Virus record (IMG/VR): IMGVR_UViG_3300045988_038276
DNA length: 40,757 bases
Source of the DNA: a virus
Strand: one strand, 5' to 3'
The notes under the pieces: generated by a model
Database searches by the model: none
What the model was told of the DNA's origin: nothing
What the model saw: only the letters and a program-made list of their open reading frames with translations
Translations under genes and position numbers: made by a program
Shown: piece after piece, positions 26,167-34,764 of the stretch
Layout of the letters: each line of letters begins with the position of its first letter
Position numbering within the stretch: the first letter of the stretch is position 1

Positions 26167-26696
26167 GCCGTTTCCTCCCGTTCCATCGTCATGCGGGCCA
26201 GCAGGCTCTCATACATCCGCTTGTAGGTGTCCCGCTCCGTCTGGGCGATTACCAGGGCCATGGAGGCCGTGCCGTCCTCGGTGTCCCCGCGTACCGGCTC
26301 CGGCTCCTCCTCGTCCTCCTGGGGGCTTGCAAGGCCGTACTGGGCCAGCCCCAGGCCGGAGAGGAGGCCGAGGTCCACCTGCTCCATCTCCCGCCGGGTG
26401 CAGCGGCCAACGAAGCGCCCCACGCGGCTCTTGTCCACGGTGTACACGTTCTCGCACAGGGCCGTGCTGATCTGTTCGGTGGAGCGGATGGTGATGTGCT
26501 CCGGCAGCTCCTTCTTGGGGGAGGCGGAGCAGTAGACCACCTGGACCACGGGGCTGTTGTCGTTCAGAGCGTCGCAGCTCACGATGATGGCGGGCCGGTC
26601 CTTCATCAGCTCGTGGCCGATGGCGTTCGGTATATCTACCCAGTAAATCTCTCCGCGCCGCATAGCGTTGGCAGGGAATGTGCCTTTCTTTGCCAT
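26163..26696 (-). CDS. MazF/PemK-fold toxin domain with a roughly 60-aa acidic/helical C-terminal extension
   Basis: RGEIYWVDIPNAIGHELMKDRPAIIVS...TVDKSRV aligns by eye with EndoA/MazF (RGDVYFADL...GGVRPVLVI...TIDKQRL). The ATG at 26696 sits 7 nt after GGAGG. Confidence 0.7.
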   Translation of the reverse strand: MAKKGTFPANAMRRGEIYWVDIPNAIGHELMKDRPAIIVSCDALNDNSPVVQVVYCSASPKKELPEHITIRSTEQISTALCENVYTVDKSRVGRFVGRCTRREMEQVDLGLLSGLGLAQYGLASPQEDEEEPEPVRGDTEDGTASMALVIAQTERDTYKRMYESLLARMTMEREETA

Positions 26697-26698
26697 AA

Positions 26699-27352
26699 TC
26701 AAACCTCCGTGATAGTCAGATTGAAGCGTTCCCGCAGGAGCTTCTTTTTCATCTCGTACTGGGCCGTCTTGGTGGCCCGGCTCTTGACATCCTCCACCAC
26801 CGGCAGCCAGAACACGGCGCCGTACTTGTCCGGCGCGGTGGGGCGCTCGTAGGCGAAGTCGGCCACATAGTGGATGGCCCGGACCCGCTCGCCGGTCTCC
26901 GTGATGTAGCTTTCCTGGAGGGTGTACTGCTGCTGGAGGCGCAGGTTGCGTATCTGCCCGGCCTTGAGCATCAGCATCAGCTCGTCGTAGCGCCGAGCCT
27001 CCTTCTTGCTGTCGAAGCGGATGTTGCCCCGGCTGTCCGGCTGGTTGTGGTACTTGGGGGCCTTGGTCTTGCCCACGATGCCCAGCTTCGCCATGACCTG
27101 GCGCTGGGCCTCCGGCCCCATGCGTTGCAGGTCTGCGGCGGTCAGTCCCATCTCTCGTGCCTCCTTCCGTTTGGTGCAGCGGCGGGCCGGGCCAAAGCCC
27201 TGCCCCCGCAGAAACATCATGGGGTGCAGTAGCTTCCCGGACAGGCCGCAGAAAACTGTGTTGTCAACGACGCGCACATACTCGCACTCGTCGCAGTATT
27301 CGATTTGGCCCTCCCGCTCCAGGGCCATCTCCAGCGGGGTTTTATCCAGCAT
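26699..27352 (-). CDS. DUF1064-type (PD-(D/E)XK-like) protein with an N-terminal Cys-containing extension
   Basis: KYHNQPDSRGNIRFDSKKEARRY...YVADF...VEDVKSRATKT matches the DUF1064 pattern. An alternative start at MGLTAADLQRM is possible. Confidence 0.6.
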   Translation of the reverse strand: MLDKTPLEMALEREGQIEYCDECEYVRVVDNTVFCGLSGKLLHPMMFLRGQGFGPARRCTKRKEAREMGLTAADLQRMGPEAQRQVMAKLGIVGKTKAPKYHNQPDSRGNIRFDSKKEARRYDELMLMLKAGQIRNLRLQQQYTLQESYITETGERVRAIHYVADFAYERPTAPDKYGAVFWLPVVEDVKSRATKTAQYEMKKKLLRERFNLTITEV

Positions 27353-27366
27353 TTGCCTGCGCCTCC

Positions 27367-27705
27367 TCACTTCTTTGGCCCATAGGTGATCTCTTTCAGC
27401 TCCGGGTAGCGCTTCTCGAAGGGAATGAGAGGCTGCCGGTCCCGGATGACCTCTGCCAGCATCCGGTCCAGCTTCACTTGCCAATAGTCCGCCTCATTCC
27501 CGCCCTCCAGGGCCTCGTGGAACAGGTCGTAGGTCTTGCCCCAGGCGTCGGTCAGCCGCATGATGCGGTCATAGCCGAAGCCGAACTCCGTGTGAAGCGT
27601 CACTTGGAGGGTGTCCAGAAGAAATTGCCGGGTCAATCGCTCTGACGCTGCGGCGTATTCCCGCCGGATGGCCCGCTCACGGGCCAGATAGCCGGATTGC
27701 TTCAT
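27367..27705 (-). CDS. Hypothetical protein, 112 aa
   Basis: ORF track. Operon context with overlapping stops and starts. Confidence 0.5.
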   Translation of the reverse strand: MKQSGYLARERAIRREYAAASERLTRQFLLDTLQVTLHTEFGFGYDRIMRLTDAWGKTYDLFHEALEGGNEADYWQVKLDRMLAEVIRDRQPLIPFEKRYPELKEITYGPKK

Positions 27706-28106
27706 GCTCGCGCCTCCTCCGCTTTCAGCTTGCGCTTGCGCCGGGCGTAGGCGCTGTCGGCGGCGGCCTGTCCGGGGTGTGCCAGGCGGCGCAGGCGGGC
27801 CTTTTCCCGCAGCTCCTCCCGGTGGGCCTGCTGGTATGCCCGGTTCCGCGCCCGCTCCTTCTCCGGGTCCCGGTTCCGGTCTTTCAGCTTCCGGCGCTCC
27901 TCGGCCTTGCCGTCAAACCATCCGATGTGCTTATAGCTGGCCGCGAAGCAGCCCTCGGAGCAGAAGTATGTCGTGGCCTGCTTCTTGCCGTCCCGCTCCA
28001 CCTGACGCACCCAGGGGGTGTCCGCCGTGGTCACGATCTGCTTCCCGCAGGTGCCGCAGGTGCGAAACAGGGTCAGCCGGTTGGCTGTCTGTCGGCGCAC
28101 GCTCAT
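27702..28106 (-). CDS. Basic zinc-ribbon protein, 134 aa
   Basis: CGTCG...CSEGC, followed by an Arg/Lys-rich tail. Confidence 0.5.
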   Translation of the reverse strand: MSVRRQTANRLTLFRTCGTCGKQIVTTADTPWVRQVERDGKKQATTYFCSEGCFAASYKHIGWFDGKAEERRKLKDRNRDPEKERARNRAYQQAHREELREKARLRRLAHPGQAAADSAYARRKRKLKAEEARA

Positions 28107-28453
28107 AAGTCGGACCTCCGCTCCATCACGCCCAGGATGTACTTGCCGTCCTCGCCGCGCCGGGCGTGTATCTCGTACTTCTCCCGCATCTCCTTGACGG
28201 AGAAGAACGGGACGGCCAGCCGCCAGCCCAGAGCCGTCTCCGGGGCATCCGGGTCCACGGCCCGCTCCCCGTGCTCCAGCACCACGGCGGTGAGCACAGC
28301 GTCCACAAGGGCCTGGGTCTCCTGGTTTCCGACATCCGCCTGGGCCAGGGCCTCCCGCAGTTTCTCGTTCTCCTTGGCCGTGTCGGCCACCTTCTTGCGC
28401 CAGCGCCCCAGCTCATGCTCCAGGCGCTTGATCTTATCGACGTTTCTTTCCAT
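28103..28453 (-). CDS. Hypothetical coiled-coil protein, 116 aa
   Basis: ORF track and operon context. Confidence 0.5.
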   Translation of the reverse strand: MERNVDKIKRLEHELGRWRKKVADTAKENEKLREALAQADVGNQETQALVDAVLTAVVLEHGERAVDPDAPETALGWRLAVPFFSVKEMREKYEIHARRGEDGKYILGVMERRSDL

Positions 28454-28454
28454 G

Positions 28455-28661
28455 TCACTCCGTCCTCTCGTAGTATTTCAGCAGGTTGGCGGCCACCGTG
28501 CAGCTTTTCCAGTCCTGGAGGTTGGCGCAGTAGCGGTCCGCGTACTCGGCCAGGGCCTCCCGGTCCGGGAAGCTCATGCAGCCGCCCTCGCAGCGGACGC
28601 ACAGCCGCTCGTCCCAGCGAAAGAACGGGCACGCCCAGGTCTTGTGTGAGTAGCCAGCCAT
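28455..28661 (-). CDS. Cysteine-rich small protein (Cys-rich VLP-like), 68 aa
   Basis: Start MAGYSHKTWACPFF. The Cys pattern is C-x12-C-x2-C-x3-C...C...C. Confidence 0.4.
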   Translation of the reverse strand: MAGYSHKTWACPFFRWDERLCVRCEGGCMSFPDREALAEYADRYCANLQDWKSCTVAANLLKYYERTE

Positions 28662-28677
28662 TTGTCCGCCCCCTTGC

Positions 28678-29202
28678 TCATTCCGTGATCTGTCGCTGTC
28701 CTGCCGTGCTGCCCGGCAGGCCGATGGGGTTCTTCCGCAGCATCGTCTCATAGGTTTGCTCGAAGCGCTCCATCTCGAAGTATTTCTTGTCCGGCGGCAT
28801 GAACGCGTCGATGCCGCCCATGGCCTCGATGACCTTCTGGGTCCTGGTGGGCATCCCCTCCAGCGCCTGCTCTTTCGTCCGGCCAGCCAGCCGGGCCAGT
28901 TGCAGCTCGCTGCGGGCCATCAGGTAGGCGTTGCTGATTTCCGATTTGATCTCGTGCAGAACAGCCTCCGCCGCCTCCCGCATCTCCGCGATGGTCGGCG
29001 GGAATTTGCAGGTCTGGCACACCCGGATGACGGCCTGCTGGGCCGCCCAGAAGTCGATGTCCCGCAGGCAGGTGGTCCAGAGCGTGATGGTCGGGGCCAG
29101 CTTTGCCTTTAGGCTGTCCTTGTCCGGGGCCTTGAACATCTCCGCGTTGGGATAGGCCATCATCAGCACCGCGAAGATTTCCGTCACTTCCGCCCTGGTC
29201 AT
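28678..29202 (-). CDS. G39P-like replicative helicase loader/inhibitor
   Basis: The N-terminal sequence EVTEIFAVLMMAYPN...W...L.D...A..AV......KFPPTIAEM resembles the G39P family. It follows the replication organiser. Confidence 0.5.
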   Translation of the reverse strand: MTRAEVTEIFAVLMMAYPNAEMFKAPDKDSLKAKLAPTITLWTTCLRDIDFWAAQQAVIRVCQTCKFPPTIAEMREAAEAVLHEIKSEISNAYLMARSELQLARLAGRTKEQALEGMPTRTQKVIEAMGGIDAFMPPDKKYFEMERFEQTYETMLRKNPIGLPGSTAGQRQITE

Positions 29203-30050
29203 AGGCCGCTGAACTCGTCGTGCAGGTCTCGCAGGGCGTCCATCTTCTCGCCCGTGCTGGCCTGCTGGGGTCTGCCGCTGCGGCTGGACTGGTAGGGCTT
29301 GTCGTCCTTGAGGGCGAACACGCCTGCCCAGCAGTGGTCCTCGCTCTGGTGCAGAATGGCGATCTGGGCATCCCGGTCTCCGGGGGCCAGCTTCTCCAGT
29401 TCCGTGACCAGGCGCTTCTTGGCCTGGTCCGTCATCGGCTTTTTGATCTTGTTCCGCATCGCCTCGAAGCCTTGCAGAGCGGAAAGCAGGTCAGCGTCGC
29501 CGGAGGCGAAGTCCGCAAAGATAGTTTCCTTTGCTTTCTTTTCCTCTGCTTTGCTTTGCTTTTCTTTACTCTGCTTTGCTTTTCTTTTATTTGCATCGGT
29601 TTGCTCTGCATTTGCATTACTTGTGGATGCTCCGCTGCCGTCGTCGGCCTTGCAAGGCTGATTTTTCCAGCGTTTTTGCGCCGCCTCCCGGCGGAGGTTG
29701 GAGATGTCGTCCACCTTCCCCATGCGTCGGAGAAGGGAAGCGGAGTAAAGATACTCGCCGTCGTTCACCAAAAGCGTGCTGCCGTTTTCTGCAAACTCTG
29801 TGCAGCAGTCTGTGATGATCTGCTCCAGGCGGGATGCTTCCACCTGCATTTGCATAGCAAGTGTATTCCAGATGTACTTGTTCACGGACAGCCGGTACTC
29901 CGGCTGCTCCCGGAGTATCTCCACCAGCATGAAGTACACCCCGTACCCCTCCGCCCCGTAGACGGAGCGGAGGGCCAGGATTTTAGGGTCGTTGCGGGCG
30001 TTGCAGTCGTGGGAGAAGAAATAGGCGTCTTTCTCGTTGGTCTTGGGCAT
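29199..30050 (-). CDS. DUF4373/DnaD-like replication organiser
   Basis: YFFSHDCNARNDPKILALRSVYGAEGYGVYFMLVEIL matches the Lin1244/DUF4373 N-terminal pattern. Confidence 0.6.
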   Translation of the reverse strand: MPKTNEKDAYFFSHDCNARNDPKILALRSVYGAEGYGVYFMLVEILREQPEYRLSVNKYIWNTLAMQMQVEASRLEQIITDCCTEFAENGSTLLVNDGEYLYSASLLRRMGKVDDISNLRREAAQKRWKNQPCKADDGSGASTSNANAEQTDANKRKAKQSKEKQSKAEEKKAKETIFADFASGDADLLSALQGFEAMRNKIKKPMTDQAKKRLVTELEKLAPGDRDAQIAILHQSEDHCWAGVFALKDDKPYQSSRSGRPQQASTGEKMDALRDLHDEFSGL

Positions 30051-30062
30051 ACGGATGCCTCC

Positions 30063-31034
30063 TTACGCAAGCGCCTGCTGCCCCGTTGCATCCTCGAAGA
30101 TGCCATCGGGCAGCTCCGGCGCGGTATTGCTGCTGGGTTCAATGACCTCCCCGGTCTCCGGGTTGGCCTCTGGAAGGGCCTCTGGCGCGTTTTCGGGTGC
30201 ATCCAGGTAATTCTTGCTCCCGTCGGTGCCGATGGCCGCCTCGTCGCTTGCAAGGGCTTTCTGGAGGTCAATGGACATGATGCCCCACTTGCTGATAAGC
30301 TGGCGCAGCATCGTCTTGCAGGCCATCCCGTCGAAGTCCTTGTACCAGAAGGAGGAATACTTCCACTCGTCGCCCTTGGGGTAATTGCCCGCCACGAAGT
30401 CGGCGTAGGACACGCGGCTGTACCGGGGGTCCTGGGCCTCGCGGGCCTCCAGGTGGAACGCCTGGGAGTAGCGGTCCGCGTGGGCCAGCATCTTGTCCTT
30501 GCTCCAGTACAGCACCTTGCGGAAGCCGTTGTTCAGTTCGAAGTAGGCGTAGTAGCCCACCACGGGGCGGCTCTCCCGGTCTCCGTCGTCCTCCAGGAAC
30601 TCCAGGATGGGGCGGCGGGTGAAGCGGTCCCGGCCTCTGTACTCGCCCTCCACCACGGGAAACGCGTCGATGTCCAGGTATTGGCCGCTGCGCTCTGCAA
30701 GCTGGATGTAGCCCTTGTAGCCGAGCTGGAACTGGGCCACGGTGCCGCGCTTCTTGTCCTTGTAGGGGACCATGTAATACTGGCCGAGCTGCGGGGAGGG
30801 GGACAGGTTCAGGCTCTCACCCAGCAGGGCGGCGGTCAGCACCGTCCCGGCGTCGCACTCCTGGAGGGACGGGTTTACGGCCACGGCGGAGCTGATGGCA
30901 GCCACGAAGCGCCGGGCGCGGTCCGGGTCTCCCAGGGTGTCGTTCACGAGCTTCTGGTACATCGGCGTCTGGATAGCCACGCTGAACTTGGGCTTGCCGC
31001 CGCTGCGGCTCTGCAAAGAATTGTTCACGGCCAT
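30063..31034 (-). CDS. recT: RecT-family single-strand annealing protein
   Basis: GQYYMVPYKDKKRGTVAQFQLGYKGYIQLAERSG is RecT-like. It is adjacent to the YqaJ exonuclease and DUF1351. Confidence 0.8.
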   Translation of the reverse strand: MAVNNSLQSRSGGKPKFSVAIQTPMYQKLVNDTLGDPDRARRFVAAISSAVAVNPSLQECDAGTVLTAALLGESLNLSPSPQLGQYYMVPYKDKKRGTVAQFQLGYKGYIQLAERSGQYLDIDAFPVVEGEYRGRDRFTRRPILEFLEDDGDRESRPVVGYYAYFELNNGFRKVLYWSKDKMLAHADRYSQAFHLEAREAQDPRYSRVSYADFVAGNYPKGDEWKYSSFWYKDFDGMACKTMLRQLISKWGIMSIDLQKALASDEAAIGTDGSKNYLDAPENAPEALPEANPETGEVIEPSSNTAPELPDGIFEDATGQQALA

Positions 31035-31036
31035 GA

Positions 31037-31924
31037 TTAAATCCTCCTATACGAAATGTTCCGTTCTTTCAGCCAGCGGGAAAGCTCCGCCGCCTGGTCC
31101 CTTGTCACCTGGCACTCAAAGCGCAGCAGGTAGATGGTCTCCTCCACGGCCTCACCGCCGCCGGGTTCCCAGGTCCCGGCCTGGGCCGCATTGGCAGCGG
31201 GGTCCGGGGTCTGCTCTGCGCCCCGCGTTGCCTCTGCCTCGCGCTGTTCCTCTGCCAGGTTGGCGGCCTGGGCGGCCCGCTGGGCCTCGTATTCCCGCAG
31301 GCGCTTGGCCCGCTCCTGGAGGCGGGAGCGCTCCATCAGGGCCTCGTTCAGGTCCAGGTGCTCCAGGTACTTGATCTTAACGGCCTCGGCAAACTCGCTC
31401 TCCACGGTAGCCAGAACCTCCAGATCGGACGCGGCCTTGTCCTCCGCCGCGACGATGGCCTCCCGGACCTTCTTCATGGTCACGCTGGTGTTGTACCAGG
31501 TGTCCTGCCACAGCTTCTCAAAGGGGAGCAGCGCCCGCAGCTCGCCCACGGTCTCCTCGTAGATTTCCAGGATAGCGGCCCGCTTGTCCGCCCGGCGCTT
31601 CTCCTCGTACTCCTTGAGCTGCGCGTCGATGGCGGCGATGGGCTGGTCAATAAGGCCCACCAGCTCCTTCACCTTGGCCTCGAAGTCGGTGTACGGGGTC
31701 ATGCACTCGCGCTTGACCTCCTTGCGCTTGTTCTCCAGGGCCTCCCGCAGCTTGTTCAGCTTGGCGCGGTCCTCCTTGGCACCCTTGATGCCGTCCTCTG
31801 TTACCACCAGGCCGGTGTACAGCGCCAGGCTCTCCGCAAGCTGGCCTTTCAGCTCCTCAAAGTTGAAGTCTATCGTCTTGGGCAAAGTCTCCAGGCTGTT
31901 GCCCATCACAAATTCCATGCTCAT
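31037..31924 (-). CDS. DUF1351-family protein (RecT-associated)
   Basis: Start MSMEFVMG at 31924 follows GGAGG. The sequence IDFNFEELKGQLAESLALYTGLVVTEDGIKGAKEDRAKLNKL is DUF1351-like. Confidence 0.6.
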   Translation of the reverse strand: MSMEFVMGNSLETLPKTIDFNFEELKGQLAESLALYTGLVVTEDGIKGAKEDRAKLNKLREALENKRKEVKRECMTPYTDFEAKVKELVGLIDQPIAAIDAQLKEYEEKRRADKRAAILEIYEETVGELRALLPFEKLWQDTWYNTSVTMKKVREAIVAAEDKAASDLEVLATVESEFAEAVKIKYLEHLDLNEALMERSRLQERAKRLREYEAQRAAQAANLAEEQREAEATRGAEQTPDPAANAAQAGTWEPGGGEAVEETIYLLRFECQVTRDQAAELSRWLKERNISYRRI

Positions 31925-31937
31925 GTTGTCCTCCTGT

Positions 31938-32597
31938 TCAGATAGGCGGGAGCTTGAGGTTTGGTTTCTGCCGCTGCTCCACGCAGCGCCAGAAGGGGAC
32001 CGCCTCCCGCCGGATGATGGCGATGTCGTCCTCGGCATCCGCCCGTTCGATTTTGTAGTGCCGGGTCTCTTTCCGGTCCTCGCCCTCCGCCGTGGTATAT
32101 TTGATCTGGGCCAGCAGTTCCACGAACTGCCACCCGGCGGCAAGCATCTGCTGGCACACCTGGGCGTAATACTCCGTGGGGATGCGCCCCTTCCAATGGG
32201 TCCAGCCGGTGGAGGAGAGGATTTCCGTGGTTTTGATCTCCAGGCCGCCCAGCCGCCCGGTGGCGGTTTCCTCCAGCTCCCCGTCCGGGGTGCAGGTGAT
32301 GAAGGGCAGGTCCTGGTGTTTGATGATCTTGTAGGGGGTGAAGCTCACCCGGTATTCCGGGTGGTCCAGGGCGAAGAAGGAGCGCAGCAGCGGCTCCGCG
32401 TCGTTGCCGTAGTGCACATAGGGCTTGTCCCCGATGTCCTCCGGGATGACCAGCCCGCACTTCTCCTCCCAGAGCTGCACGTTGGTTTTCCAGGGGGAGA
32501 GGCCCAGGAGGGCGGCGGCGTCAGACGCCCCCAGCCCATCCTTGCGGGCCTCCAGCCATTCCGCCCGGTCCTTGCAGATGATGACCTGCGGTGTCAC
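31938..32597 (-). CDS. YqaJ/lambda-exonuclease-like recombination exonuclease
   Basis: EWLEARKDGLGASDAAALLGLSPWKT is the YqaJ N-terminal signature. The GTG start overlaps the upstream stop. Confidence 0.75.
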   Translation of the reverse strand: MTPQVIICKDRAEWLEARKDGLGASDAAALLGLSPWKTNVQLWEEKCGLVIPEDIGDKPYVHYGNDAEPLLRSFFALDHPEYRVSFTPYKIIKHQDLPFITCTPDGELEETATGRLGGLEIKTTEILSSTGWTHWKGRIPTEYYAQVCQQMLAAGWQFVELLAQIKYTTAEGEDRKETRHYKIERADAEDDIAIIRREAVPFWRCVEQRQKPNLKLPPI

Positions 32598-32917
32598 GGC
32601 TGGTCGGCCTCCGCCTCAATGCGCTGTTCCAACCGGAGCAGTTTCAGAATTTCCTCCTCCGTTGGGTCCCCGAAAATAAGGCAAAGCTGGTTGAGCATAA
32701 TGCCAACGTCAGCCATTTCCTCCCGGATGTCGGACACGATCTGCTCGTAGTCGCCCTGGCCGGTGAGGTAGTGGCGCAGCCACTTGGTCAGGGCCTTGGT
32801 CAGCTCGCTTAATTCCTCAATGGCGACAACACTCTGCGCCTCCTCGCCCCAGGTCTTGATTGCTCCCTCCAGGATTTTGGCCTCTCGTTCCTGGGTCATT
32901 TCCATTTCCTTGCTCAT
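32594..32917 (-). CDS. MazG-like nucleotide pyrophosphohydrolase
   Basis: The pattern EELSELTKAL...IREEMADVGIMLNQL (EExxE...ExxD) is typical of small all-alpha NTP-PPases. Confidence 0.6.
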   Translation of the reverse strand: MSKEMEMTQEREAKILEGAIKTWGEEAQSVVAIEELSELTKALTKWLRHYLTGQGDYEQIVSDIREEMADVGIMLNQLCLIFGDPTEEEILKLLRLEQRIEAEADQP

Positions 32918-33381
32918 ACTGTTTTGTCCTCCTTTTTCTTACTGCGGCTTCTTGCCGCGTATTCTGCCAGCAGCCGCTTGAGAGCTGCGTCATGCCAGCT
33001 TTGCCAGGACGAATACCCGCACACCTGGAGCAGGTCGTCCGGCAGGCTTGCCGCGAACTCGCGGCTGATGCGGTAACACTTGCGGAAGCGCCCGGTGGGC
33101 GCTGTGGGCGGCGCGGTCTCCGTCTCGCTGGCCTCGCTGCGGCTTTCTGCTGTCGGCAGCGCCCCCAGCAGGTCCAGGTCCTCCGCGTCGTAGAGTTCCG
33201 TCCTGGACGCTCCCAGGACATCCTCCAGGGTCTTGAGCTGGTCTGCCGTCGGCAGGCATACGCCCTTCTCATACCGGCTTACCATGCCCACGTCAGCCCT
33301 GGGTTCCGTTTCTTTCAGTCTGGCGGACACCTGCGGCTGGGTCAGCCCCAGCGCCATCCGCCGCTCTTGTAGTCGGTTCAT
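32914..33381 (-). CDS. XRE-family HTH regulator with a C-terminal extension
   Basis: LGLTQPQVSARL...VSRYEKG is an HTH_3 pattern. RBS GAGGAGG. The start lies 89 nt inside the dcm 3' end. Confidence 0.7.
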   Translation of the reverse strand: MNRLQERRMALGLTQPQVSARLKETEPRADVGMVSRYEKGVCLPTADQLKTLEDVLGASRTELYDAEDLDLLGALPTAESRSEASETETAPPTAPTGRFRKCYRISREFAASLPDDLLQVCGYSSWQSWHDAALKRLLAEYAARSRSKKKEDKTV

Positions 33382-34126
33382 GCTCTGCCTCCTCTATCAG
33401 TCTGATTTGTTGGAAGAAGGGGAAGAACTGGGGCGGGCACACCGCGTTTCCGAGGCATCTAACTCTGTCCATCCAGTTGGGAAGCCCATCAACCATTCGG
33501 TCCATTCCGGGTTCAGATTTCCAGTACCCCCCCCCGCCAGGTAGGCCACTTTCTGGCATAGAAGCAACGACCTGGTGGATGTCGCGTCCTTCCGCAGGTG
33601 CCGGGCCAGCCCCGCCGCGTCCATCGCCGTCGGCGTGGGCCACGATTGCAAATCGGTATCTTTGGTGCGGAGCGCCGACGCCGCGAGCTGGAACCATAAA
33701 CGCCCGTGCGGTGTAGCCTTTACTTTCCAGGTTAGAAAGCACATCGTCGAGCGCCAAATTGAGGATGTTAGCAACATTCTCTCCAATGACCCAAGTGGGC
33801 CGCAGCTCGTCGATAACTCTAAGCATCTCCGGCCAGAGGTAGCGGTCATCGCTCTTGCCTCTGCGCTGTCCGGCTTTGGAGAATGGTTGGCACGGGAAGC
33901 CGCCGGAAATAATGTCAACTGTTCGTAGTCCGGTCCGTTCACAGAAACTCTCCTTTGTCAAAGTCCGAATGTCCCGCCAGCGTGGAACGTCCGGCCAATG
34001 TTTCTCCAGGACCCTGGTGGGGTAGTCGGCCCACTCGCATTGTCCCACGGTGTGGAAGCCTGCCCACTCGGCGGCCAGGTCCAGGCCGCCGATGCCGGAA
34101 AACAGGGAAAGGTGGGTCAACTCCAT
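33293..34126 (-). CDS. dcm: DNA (cytosine-5) methyltransferase, short-TRD type
   Basis: Motifs FSGIGG (I), GFPCQPFS (IV), ENV (VI), QRYRFAIV (VIII) and LGNAV (X). See the findings for the second frame and the G9 tract. Confidence 0.8.
   Translation of the reverse strand: MELTHLSLFSGIGGLDLAAEWAGFHTVGQCEWADYPTRVLEKHWPDVPRWRDIRTLTKESFCERTGLRTVDIISGGFPCQPFSKAGQRRGKSDDRYLWPEMLRVIDELRPTWVIGENVANILNLALDDVLSNLESKGYTARAFMVPARGVGAPHQRYRFAIVAHADGDGRGGAGPAPAEGRDIHQVVASMPESGLPGGGGYWKSEPGMDRMVDGLPNWMDRVRCLGNAVCPPQFFPFFQQIRLIEEAEHEPTTRAADGAGADPAAGVRQTERNGTQG
33527..33535 (-). repeat. G9 homopolymer (C9 on the given strand) inside dcm
   Basis: It encodes GGGG (codons 197-200). It is the point where two open frames with MTase-like motifs meet. 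Confidence 0.7.
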
Positions 34127-34131
34127 ATCAG

Positions 34132-34764
34132 CTATCCCTCATACGGGCTTTCCAGGGACCAGTCCCAGGTCTGCCCGCCTTGCCATTCCGTGGTGAAGTA
34201 GTTGTGTGCGCCGTCTCCGGTGAAGTACAGGTACTCCTTCGGCAGCACCCGGCCCACGCTGCCCACGCACTCCTTCTCGGCCATCCAGCGGGCCAGCACA
34301 TCCTCCACCAGGGCCAGGATGTCCGGGTCCACCGGGTTGCTGGGGTCGTAGCCGTAGAACTGGCAGGGCTGGGTCGTGATGCCCTCCACCGTGTCGGCCC
34401 AGAAGCGGTCCCCGCTGTCGTAGCGGTTCAACACGCACCAGATCGTGGCCGCCTGTTCCGTGGTGGAGCAGCCCCGTGCCTCGCCCCACACCATCTTTAC
34501 CAGGGCTACCTTGGACGCCTCCATCGGGTCGATGGCCTCCTGGTCCTCAAACTCCAGCGTGATGGGTTCCAGCGTGGGTGTCTCCGCCGGAAGCACCGTT
34601 GCCGTCACCGGCACGGTGGCCTCTGGTGTCTCCGGCTCTTGTGGACGCCCGCTCCAGGCGAACGCCGCAGCCACGGCCAGAAGGGCCAGCGCCAGGCAGG
34701 TGGCTCTCTGCATCGCGGCCCTGCGGCGGCGCTGCTGCTGCCTCCGCCGTTCAGTCCGGGTCAT
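34132..34764 (-). CDS. SleB-family cell-wall hydrolase with an N-terminal membrane anchor
   Basis: VWGEARGCSTTEQAATIWCVLNR...QPCQFYGY matches the Hydrolase_2 (SleB) pattern. The transmembrane segment is CLALALLAVAAAFAW. The start MTRTERRR overlaps the upstream gene by 14 nt. Confidence 0.65.
   Translation of the reverse strand: MTRTERRRQQQRRRRAAMQRATCLALALLAVAAAFAWSGRPQEPETPEATVPVTATVLPAETPTLEPITLEFEDQEAIDPMEASKVALVKMVWGEARGCSTTEQAATIWCVLNRYDSGDRFWADTVEGITTQPCQFYGYDPSNPVDPDILALVEDVLARWMAEKECVGSVGRVLPKEYLYFTGDGAHNYFTTEWQGGQTWDWSLESPYEG

Noticed and set aside
10411-31040. Other long plus-strand ORFs (10411-12420, 12311-13522, 13443-14558, 15578-16765, 16772-17866, 18519-20519, 21032-22375, 23183-25105, 29220-31040; also 34445-35815 and 36896-38143 further along)
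   Set aside because: Each lies exactly opposite a recognisable minus-strand gene (tail protein, DGR target, RT, collagen fibres, capsid and scaffold, portal, terL, RecT and others). All have shadow-ORF composition.
19452-32143. N-terminal extensions of several track ORFs (scaffold 20567, Prp 21006, terS 25532, 26155, 27484, 28751, 32143; also 34860, 35737 and 36895 further along)
   Set aside because: The track extends ORFs to the most upstream ATG, GTG or TTG. Internal starts with clear Shine-Dalgarno sequences, often overlapping the previous stop, fit better.
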